From NCBI GenBank assembly GCA_000165425.1, contig CT868057.1, positions 124,001 to 188,000 of the forward strand: a stretch of DNA of 64,000 nt, read 5' to 3'. The DNA is from Paramecium tetraurelia (lineage: Eukaryota). Both the position numbers and the translations under genes were made by a program. Positions within the stretch are counted from its first letter, which is position 1. The number at the start of each line of letters is the position of its first letter. The notes under the pieces are model-generated. The model saw only the letters and a list, made by a program, of their open reading frames with translations. It was not told the DNA's origin and ran no database searches. This document shows, one piece after another, positions 54,474-64,000 of the stretch.

Positions 54474-55638
54474 ATGGGCTAATGTTTTGATAGTTGTAGG
54501 GAAAGCAAGTCGGATAGAATTTCATTGGAATCCTAGAATAAAGTAAGTATCTAGGAAAAAGGGTATGATAATTATAGAAATAATTTTACTACGCAAATGA
54601 GTGAATTGAACGAGAAAGAATAAATGTAGAAAACTGACATTACACATTTTAAATTACTAAAGACATTAGGAAAAGGAGCATGTGGAAAAGTATTATTAGT
54701 GAAAAAAAAGAACAAAAATACACAATATGCAATGAAAATAGTATCAAAGTAGAGAGTCAAAGAAGAATATATTTCGGCAGAGAGATTCATTTTATAGCAT
54801 ATCACACATCCCTTCATTACAAAACTCCACTTTGCTTTTCAAAGTGATACTAAGTTATACTTAATAATGGATTTCTGTTAAGGAGGAGAACTGTTTTTCC
54901 ATTTGAGAAGAGCCTACAAATTTAGTGAGGAATAATCAAAATTTTATATTTGTGAAATAATAGTTGCATTGGAGCATCTCCATAAAAATAAAATATTGTA
55001 TAGAGATTTAAAACCAGAAAACATATTAATATGTTCAGATGGACACATCAAACTGATTGATTTCGGATTATCAAAAATATTGTCAGATATTAAAACTAGA
55101 TCTCATTCAATTGTTGGTACGCCTGAATATTTAGCCCCTGAGATCTATTAAGATGATGGATAAGGACATGACGAATAATGTGATTGGTGGTCTTTAGGAG
55201 CCTTATTGTATGAAATGTTGACTGGAGCTGCTCCATTTTATAGTGTCGATAGAACTCTAATGTTTAGAAATAGATTAGAAAAGCCCATAGATATCAAACC
55301 TTGGTTTAGTGAAGAATGCAAGTCTTTATTGTAAGGATTGTTGAATAATGATGTATATACAGGATCATATTATTTTAGGCTAGTGAGAGGTTAGATGTTA
55401 ATTAAATAAAATCACACGGTTTCTTTAGGGGGATAGATTGGGAAGGTGTTGTTTATAAGTAATTGGAGCCTCCTATCAAATTGGAATTGAAGGGACCTTC
55501 AGATTTATAATATTTTAATAGGGTAGTAAAATAAACTGATTTTAGATGTTTATAGATGAACCAGCTATAGACAGTCCTGAATCATGCAGAAATGAGAAGA
55601 CATTTGAGAATTTTAGTTTCGATGAAGATGAATCTTGA
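54474..55638 (+). CDS. AGC-family Ser/Thr kinase (S6K/SGK/Akt-like) with N-terminal MGxC motif; introns present
   Basis: [59 protein letters not shown], hydrophobic motif FENFSF. Confidence 0.93.
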
Positions 55639-55683
55639 TTTATCTATTTAATGTGATATAATTAATTACAAATATAGTTAAAA

Positions 55684-57221
55684 TCATTATTAAAATCTGC
55701 TAGCACCATATCTAACTTCCAATCTAAGATTATCATCAATTGTTAATCCTGCACATACTTTAACTAAATTTTCAAGCATAGCTCTTTGTCTTGATAGAGA
55801 ATTGATGGTAGTGATTCCACTTTCTGATTTAGGAGCTTTCATCAAATAACTCAACCAAGATAAGACTGTGTCGAATCTTTGGTATTCAGAAGAATCCTTG
55901 GAGAATTGAATTCTCTCAAACAATTCGCACAATAACAATAGATCCATAATCAATGGAGCAGCCAATAATGAATCTTCACAAACATTGTAAACTGCAAAAG
56001 TTTATCTTCCTCCCAAGAAGATTTCAGCAATATATTCATCCATAGCCTTCTTGCTATCTCCAGTTTCAGGACAGTACTTAATAACAATGGTATGATCAAT
56101 GTTCAATTCCTCTTCTGTTGGATATAAAACTTTATTGGATTCCAAGATATCATCAACACAAGTCTTCTTGCTTCTTTCCTTGCTTTTGAAACAGGATTCT
56201 TATGACAAATTCTTTCCATCGTTATTTCCCAAATGATTATATGAGATAATGGCTTTTGGTTTGATACCTGCACCAACCAAATATTCAACTAAACAAGTCT
56301 TAAATTTAGTTTATCCAGTCTTGAAATCATCTCCTGCAACAAAAACTCCGGCCTTTTCTGCTAATTCAATAACTCCTGGAACAATAGTATTTTATGGTGA
56401 TCCATTAATGAATGAGCATCCTTCCAAACATGCAGCACATGCAAAGATTGTTGAGGCACTAATCTCTGGATGGCTTGATTCAATTGATTTTAATAATTTC
56501 TCAGCTGTTCCGTGAATATTTGGATCTTCAACACAGAATCTCTCTGTATTTGCTGTCCACAAGAGGATTACTTTATCCAAATTATTTTATTATTTGAAAT
56601 CTGCAATGTTCTTTCTAATGATGTTAAGATGCTCTAATTTATTATTTCCTGGAATGACATTGTCTGCTCTGTCTCCTTAATTAGCTGCAATGAAATCTGG
56701 ATAATAGCATTGAGGGTAATGGAACCCAACTTCTCTAAATATGGTCTCAATTTTTATTGTAAATCGTATTCAACAACTTATGCTCTGCTCATAGCGTCAG
56801 CCAAATTCAATGAACTGATATCCCATCCACCAAATACTATGTCACATGGATTAACCATTGGTAACACATCTTTGAATGGAACAAAGACTTCTTCAGTGTT
56901 GCATGTACCAATCTTAATGACACTGCTTTATGTAAGAGATCCATAAAAATTTGGTTGATGAGTTCCTCTTCTGCTATTCCATGTAATATTGAATTTGTTT
57001 GCCAATATACCACCAGTAAGAGTTGTTCCATTATTTCCTCCCCATCCTACAAGCATAACACCTACTTTTGGTATTCTGGTGTCAGTCTTGAATTTGAAAT
57101 TTGTAATCTAGGGTTTTGCTATGTACTTGTCTCCATTCTTTTCAATGTTGGTTGACTTATAATCATAGTTGGAAATTAAGAAGTGATCATCTTATTGTGT
57201 TGTGGTTGATTAGACTTTCAT
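55684..57221 (-). CDS. INO1: myo-inositol-1-phosphate synthase; apparent net +2 frameshift at 56708-56727
   Basis: [76 protein letters not shown]. Confidence 0.95.
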
Positions 57222-57274
57222 TGATTGAATTAATTATTAATCAATTAGTTCAATAATGTATTTGTAAACATTAG

Positions 57275-57364
57275 AGTGCGCATAAATTTTATAAATTATG
57301 AACAAATGCGTATTTCTAAAAAAGAAGTGCGCACTTCATTATTAATAATTAAAAAAAGTGCATA
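57275..57364. promoter_or_regulatory. Cluster of TGCGCA-like palindromic motifs upstream of INO1
   Basis: agtgcgcat 57275-57283, aaatgcgtattt 57304-57315, perfect palindrome gaagtgcgcacttc 57324-57337, agtgcat from 57357. Confidence 0.45.
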
Positions 57365-57656
57365 TTTAAAATAATTGAAAAAATAATAATTATTGTAATT
57401 ATAATTCAAGAATTTATATTATTTATTAATCTAATTATAGTTTACTTTTTCATTTAGAAATTAGTTTATAAAATTTTTTTAAGTATGTTATTTTTCTAAA
57501 TTTTTTAGTAGTTATGCTAATATTTGAGGATATTCTCCATATATATAAACATGTATTTCATTGAAAAAATTGATTATCTTATTTTTTATTTTTAAAACAT
57601 ATTGTCAGATATTATATTAAAGTAGTCATATAATAATATGAATATATATATATAAA

Positions 57657-58353
57657 TGGGTTAACTAAATCAAGAATGTATGAGCATTAACTCAGCCTAA
57701 TAGTTTGCTATCTGTTAGAGTAGTATTTCAGATGTGGGTAACTTTTTTATATTGTTTTGATGATATGCTTTAAGACAAAGATTCAGCTTAATCATAAGCA
57801 AGGTTCTTTTGTCAAAACACAATTGGTCATCCAAAATAGAATCTAATTAAGTAATTTCATTGGTAGTTATTGTTATCACAGAAGATTTAGAAGTTCTAAT
57901 GTTGAATTAGTACAAGCATGGATTTAATGCTTTTTTGGGCTGTTTGGTTACTTCTTATTCGTATTCATCTTCATTAGAATTAGCCTTAGTTGTAATCAAA
58001 GATTAAGGAGGAGATACTTCGCATGGCTTAGAAACTGGAGGAGGTATGTATTTTATAGTCTTTTTGAATTTGATAGTCATGGCAGCTTTGAGGATTTGAT
58101 GAATTAAATTGATTATACGCAATATTCTTAAGAGGAGAGTGGCAGCTTAAATAGTTTCAGTGTTAGTGATAACCTCTAAGATGACAAAGAGATCGAAGAA
58201 CATGAAGCACCCATAAATGAATTGAAGTGGATCTTGGAAATTACGAAAGTATTTATATATATCTGGGGTAAGTAGTGAGGCAACTACATATCTCACCTAG
58301 CTAAGGAACACCATCATACCTTGGTGTCTGAGTAATTATTGTACTCATGAATG
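57657..58353 (+). CDS. Possible hypothetical multi-intron gene or pseudogene
   Basis: Exon-like segments (MGQLNQECMS, HGSFEDLMNQIDY) separated by GT..AG stretches; a clean model could not be closed. Confidence 0.3.
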
Positions 58354-58513
58354 AGTGACAACTTCAATACCCCCGAAGCTGGCATTTTTTAAGGCAACCT
58401 CAATCTATCTAATAATAGAACATTCAATGTCAGTTCTACACTTCCCCAAATTAGATCACCCAAGTTTCCCTCTATCATAGATCCGTTTTAAAATATTAAA
58501 ATTATATAAATTA

Positions 58514-59227
58514 TCATATTTTCCCTCTTGTAGCAAAGTAAAACGCTAATCCAGCTAAACAACCGCCCAAATGAGCATCATGACCAATACCACTTCCATC
58601 ACCTTATCCTGCCCAACCTTAGTATAATATCAATAATCCCACTATCCATGCTGGTACAGGAATAAAGAACAATAATATTATTTCTCTAGGAAAATTACAA
58701 ATATAATATGTTAATAAAGCATTGCATGCAGCACTTGCACCCAATGATATCCCTGCTTATCTTGATTACATAAATCCTCCTACTAATGCTCCTGCCAAAT
58801 ATATAGCTAGCAGTCTTTTTGATCCAAAATAAGCTTCAATCGTCCTTCCGAAGAAGTAAAAAGTCACCATATTAAATACTTAAAATTTCTAGAATTTTTA
58901 CATAAATGTAATGTATTCTAATGGGAGAATGAATATGTTATAAATGTATGCAATTCTCTTATATTCATAGATCCAGGATGAAGAGTAAAATGTCTATACA
59001 TAAAATTCTAATAATATGTATTATATATTCACCTTGTCAACTGCAGGAAAATGCCATAATGCATATACACCAACATTTATTCCTATTAAGTAAAAGTAAA
59101 GAGGCATTTATAATCTGTCTAAAAATCGATCTACTTATCCATATTGAAATTAGGGCTTATGATTAAGCAAGTATGTTTGTTTCAATTATTATGGAGATTT
59201 TGATAATAATTTGGCTATTTTTATCAT
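58514..59227 (-). CDS. Rhomboid intramembrane protease, PARL/Pcp1-like; 2 introns
   Basis: LIGINVGVYALW, FSHQNTLHLLFNM, SLGASAA (catalytic Ser), HDAHLGG (catalytic His), basic N-terminus. Confidence 0.9.
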
Positions 59228-59248
59228 TAATTATATTAATACGATATT

Positions 59249-59917
59249 ATGAACAATATTTCAAATCTAATAGGATAACGAAGAGATTCAAAACAATCTA
59301 AGTGCTCTCCCTCTATTAATAAATAAACTTCTCAATAAATTCAAATATATGATCAATTGAAGAATTCCTTAAAATGTGACTGTTAAAAACAAAACAATAA
59401 AGATTACTCCTAATATCAAATTTTTGAATATAAAACTTAAAAAGAACTTGAATTTTTAATGTAATTTATTCAATAGGCATGTATTCATAATCCTTAATGC
59501 ATTCATGAATAATTATTTGAAAAAAATTTGCAAAATAAAAAATTCCGATAATTATGCGATTTTCGAATTGATTGGACCAAACTAATTTTGAAAGCTGAGA
59601 AGCAATTTGAGAAAGCACTTATTAAGAAATAAATGGCCATCAATTGTTAACCCAATAATGATTGCTTCAAAATAATAATTTTAGAGGCCATTAATAATAA
59701 AGAAAACTCTCTCAAAATGCTCATTGATAAATCAAAATAAGAACAACAATTTATAGAATATGCTAAGAGATTTGCCATTAAATTATAATAGAAATTAGAT
59801 TGTCCAGAATCCTTATTATGCTAATTCGAGGATGTGTAAAATCGTAAGAAATACATTCATCCTCCATCAATTTGGTCGATTATGAATTGTTCATGTAATA
59901 CTACTAGTATAATTTGA
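59249..59917 (+). CDS. Hypothetical protein (222 aa)
   Basis: 669 nt ATG-to-TGA frame; C-terminal RKKYIHPPSIWSIMNC. Confidence 0.65.
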
Positions 59918-59923
59918 TAATAG

Positions 59924-60658
59924 TCATTTGCTCTTTAATTATTCTTTTAATTCTATTATTTCTTGTTGTAACAATTTTATGAATTGTTCTTAATGTGTCA
60001 TTTATGCTTTTGTTATTTCCTCTCGAATCTATTCTTACAATTAATTTTATTTATTGTTTTCCAATAACTAGGATGACTTACATTATAATTCAACTGTTAA
60101 CTTTTGTATCATTATCTAAGAGTCATTCAATTTTATTATTAATTCATTCTTCTCCTGTTTTAATTAATCCACTTAACTTAACATAATAAAATTTTATTGA
60201 TCAAAATGATCATACTAAAATTGTTATTACTCAATCGATGTTTCTAATTCATAAATCTAATTCAATAATGCTTAATTTTCGTATTCTAATTATACGATTC
60301 TTTCGCTTTTTTGATTCATGAGTAATGTCAATTAATCTAATTCATTTATTAAAGTTTCCAACTAACCTGAGAATAACAATTTTTATCTGAATGCACTTTA
60401 TTACAACTATTATTCATAAGTCAATATTTATTGCTTCAATTATCTGTTATTCATAATCTGTTCATCTAATTGCATTTACAGTCTTCGAGTCTTCTCTTTG
60501 AATTGCTCTTCCAGTTTACAGATGTAATTTTGAAACTGATTAACTTATGCTTTCAAATTTGATATTTCTGAGTGATAGAAATCATAACTTAATTCAATAT
60601 GAGGTGTCTCTTAAGTGCTTGAATTGTGCTACCAATCTCTGACTGTATACTCTGACAT
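59924..60658 (-). CDS. Hypothetical coiled-coil protein
   Basis: MSEYTVRDWQ...EISNLKAQVNQFQNYICKLEEQF; ends QLKSK then TGA. Confidence 0.6.
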
Positions 60659-60698
60659 TAGTAAATTTTAATTATAACAGCTAAATGTATTAATATAT

Positions 60699-61049
60699 TC
60701 ATGAGTAACGTATTTTAATAATTTGTTTTGCCTCGCTTTACTATTTAAGTAATCCTTCTTTCATTCTCTTAAACTATTTCTTTGAAAATACTAGAATCAA
60801 GATGTAATTTTGATGGAAATCATAGTTTTTAATGACGTTCTGGAATAGTTTTGGAAAATTAACTCCATCTTGAGGTTTACATGGTTTAAAAGCACTAATT
60901 TATTTTTCTGAAATTTTCTATTTGGGAATTCTCAACCTCTTCTTAATTGGAAAATTTGGTATTCTTATTCTCATCATAATAGAGTTATTTTCAGAATATC
61001 TTCGTTTTAAAAATTGTTTACAATGTTCAATGTTAATAATCTTGGTCAT
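60699..61049 (-). CDS. Small basic hypothetical protein (116 aa)
   Basis: 351 nt ATG-to-TGA frame, MTKIINIEHCKQF...ISAFKPC. Confidence 0.45.
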
Positions 61050-61302
61050 TTCTAATAAACAAATGATATCATAGCTGAAAATAAATTTTTGATATTAAAA
61101 TCTTGTCTTTACAGATTGACAAAATCAATTAAAGAAATTAACTTTCTATTCCATAATTATATATTATTATGCATCAAAAATTTCTTTATTTTCAAAGTAT
61201 CATCTATTCATATTCTAGAATCAACTTCCCAAGAACTAGAATTGCTATTGATGTAGCTTTATTTATATTCTTTATTAATTATTATTTCATATAATAATTA
61301 TT

Positions 61303-61956
61303 ATGCAATACAAAATTAAGACATTTCGTAAATATAATATTGACAGATCAGGTACACTGTAAATTACAATCATTTTAGATCTTTTTAAGATCGCATATCT
61401 AACCCCTTAAGAGTTGAAACCATCAACTTCATGCGAAGTTAGACGCTAATAAAATAATAAAAAATTCACTACCGAAATTGAAAATGAGGATAATCCGCCA
61501 ACTTAAATCATTGATATATCCAAATTACCAAATGGATAATTCAAGGATAGAAGTAATATATAAAATTTTATATCTAATTTCCAGGATACATGCACACAGA
61601 TGAAACATTCTTTGTTAAAATGGGAGGTAAAAATAGGGATCTAATTGCAGAAAGACTAAGATCAAAATAATCAGATAGATAGAGTCCGTTCAAATTTAAA
61701 GGTACTTTTAATAAAATTGTTAATTTAGTTAGAAAATCCATTTTTCAATCAAAATTTCATCAAACAAACCCTTAGATTATAAAAAAATTGTTCTCCTATT
61801 TCATCTAAAACTATTCGAACATCACAAAAAAAACTCTCGTTTCTCTAAGTTATTGATATAAAGCCTGTTACTATTAAAGAATAATAATTAAGAAGAGCAT
61901 CTTCATTTACATCTGCAAAATAAAAGCTATTTAAGATTCTAACTGAAAAATCATGA
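61303..61956 (+). CDS. Hypothetical basic protein; about 3 introns
   Basis: MQYKIKTFRKYNIDRS, exons joined by short GT..AG introns; ends ILTEKS then TGA. Confidence 0.5.
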
Positions 61957-62299
61957 TATTTAATAATTAGTTATAAAACAGTAGTCTTTGCTTCATCATT
62001 ATAGATACACTAATCATTTATTATATAAATATCAATAATTTTTTAAATATTAACAATATATTTATGAAAATTGAATAATAATAATTGTTCCTCAATTAAA
62101 AAATTATTTAATCCTCTTATAAAAAACAATTCATTTTATTCCATCTTTTGTTAATTCGTGAATGATAATAAATTATTTAATCATTTTATATATTTACTTT
62201 AAATAATTAGATCTTAATGTTTTTTCCAATAAGTTTAAGCATTAATTAATTTATTTCATGAATTAATAATGAGCCTTTTTTTTTCAAATGATTTTCTTT

Positions 62300-64000
62300 C
62301 AAATTTATGAAAGTTGCTTATTATTTTAGAGTAAAATTCTGAAAAATCATATCTTTATCGAGATATTGCATTATTCAATTATAATATCTATTTTTTATTT
62401 ATTAGCGATAGATTTTATTTTTGACTTAATAGAGATTTTTTTAATCAATTAAGATTGCATGATTAGATAAGTTATTAAGAAGATTAATTTGTAGGTTATG
62501 TTTTCAAATTACTGTTAATTGATAAAAATAATCTGTTTTTATTGTTCTTTCAGTTTAGGAATGATTTCTTTTGATTAGGTAATATGCCTGCAGTTATATT
62601 AGAATAGAAATAGAAGTTATCAAATTTTCCTCAATTTTTATTTTCTTTGATTTGCCATAAATAATCCGTATAGATGTCAAATAAATAAAAAGATGGAATA
62701 CTTCCTTATGATATTCCATTTCAAAAAGAATGTTTAGCTTCATTATTATTATAGTATTATTTACTAATTAATGCTTTTAGAAATTTTAGCTCGTTAATCG
62801 CAAGTTTTGTTTTCTTTTTTATATACAGATATAGTAGATCTAGATTAGCAGTATTGTATGCCCATTTAAAATCAATGAATATTACTACTTTATTATAATA
62901 AGCTCCTTATCTTGAAATATCTTTTATTAATTTAAAAATCTGAAATAAAGTTCCAAATCCTTTCATAAAGCCAAAATATTGTTTTATTATTTTGCTTTCA
63001 CAGAATCTGCTTAAAAATTTTAACAATCGCAATTCTATCCGCTTATATAAGAGTCTTAACATTGTAATTGGTCGAAATTCGCTAGGCTTTGGATAGTTTT
63101 TATTTAATGGGATTATAACGAACTCTCCGAAGTTTTAACTAAATTTTATGTACTACTTCTCCAAACATCATCAAAATAATGAAGGATCAATTTTTGGATA
63201 TCCAAGTGTCTGAAATTAAAACATTCGTTAACGCCTTGTTTTATCTTATTCTTGATTTCATATATAAAAATGGTTTAAAAGTAGTAGGTTCTAATTCTTG
63301 GAGTGGGATAGGTAGAAATTTATTAGTCCTTAATTATTTTTTTATGTATATAATACATTATTTTTGGATGTCTGTTTTCTGTGATTAAGTAATCTAAATT
63401 ATCAATGTAACAATTCATGATTTCACCATCCCTTTTAATTGGATTAACTATAACTGGCTTGTTAATTAGTTTGCGAATAATCTTATTTTACTTAATTCTA
63501 ATATTGCTATTAATTAATTAGAGTTTATTTAAAAATCTTAAGGAATTCTATGCATTATTAATTCGAGACTTTATCTTTTCTTCTATAGAGTTAGAATCTC
63601 TTTTGATTCTACTGAATTTTATGGATAAATTCTCTGAAATTCTCACTGAGAGTGCAATTCGAATTCAATAGTTAAACCTACTGCTTGTTCATTATGAAAT
63701 TATATTGCTTTTAACTTCTTAGGTTTTTTTTCAAATTTAATGAACAAATGATTAATTTATGATTAGAAAGTTTATTTTCCTGAAGTTAATCGAATGCGAA
63801 AGCTCTTAATTGATTTGAAAAATGTCTGCTTTTGATTATCGAAGCTTGTTCTTTACGTATTTTTAGTACGTAATTTAAGATTTTTGGATTAAATTTCCTT
63901 TGAGCTTAACTGTACTATTATTAGCATCATTATAGGAGCAAATTGGATTTTTGATTTTAAGTTGAACAATCAAGCTTTGCAATTTATTTAATTAGTTTCT
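62300..64000 (-). mobile_element. Decayed non-LTR (LINE-type, APE endonuclease plus RT) retroelement, continuing beyond the right edge; left boundary approximate
   Basis: Minus strand, ciliate code: ITYQ...QSKADIFQIN...LSNHKLI (APE C-terminal motifs, 63730-63880); NKALTNVLISDTWI; IIPLNK...EFRPITML; FGFMKGFGT; VIFIDFKWAYN; NGISQGSIPSFYLFDIYTD; in-frame TGAs and frameshifts. Confidence 0.85.

Noticed and set aside
62300..63250. RT as telomerase, retron, group II intron or active domesticated gene
   Set aside because: Upstream APE-like motifs and FRPI/FIDF/QGS spacing fit non-LTR elements; stops, frameshifts and loss of YADD argue against activity
1092..63388. Most short ORF-track entries (e.g. 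2604-2963, 6125-6352, 43755-44033, 51054-51881, 52282-52695)
   Set aside because: Wrong-frame or antisense shadows of real genes, produced by applying the standard code to ciliate DNA
1..64000. Telomeric repeats, tRNA/rRNA genes, retained IESs, selenocysteine readthrough
   Set aside because: None seen by eye; in-frame TGAs occur only in degenerate or unresolved regions. tRNAscan/Infernal and germline comparison would be needed to exclude them fully

Overview
AT-rich, gene-dense ciliate DNA, very probably Paramecium and macronucleus-like. Every well-supported gene reads TAA/TAG as Gln, ends only at TGA, and carries tiny (about 21-30 nt) GT..AG introns, so the supplied standard-code ORF track breaks up or misses almost all genes. 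Manual retranslation gives about 35 protein genes. These include a pseudokinase, an RNF5-like RING E3, CFAP70, a VWA protein, TRAPPC5, glutamine synthetase, a BK-type K+ channel, BCAS2/SPF27, RAD51, PF20/SPAG16, a DHX35-like helicase, a PTB-like RRM protein, ARPC2, a nucleolin-like protein, an AGC kinase, INO1 and a rhomboid protease. Most notable: (i) an apparently intronless 1808-aa ORF built from about 20 ubiquitin-like domains, with a recently expanded 264-bp tandem array and no di-Gly ends, head-to-head with a MIDAS-VWA gene; (ii) a decayed APE-endonuclease/reverse-transcriptase non-LTR retroelement running off the right end; (iii) a cluster of palindromic TGCGCA-type motifs upstream of INO1; (iv) divergent gene pairs whose ATGs are only 14-27 nt apart. 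All family calls come from motif recognition by eye, not database searches.
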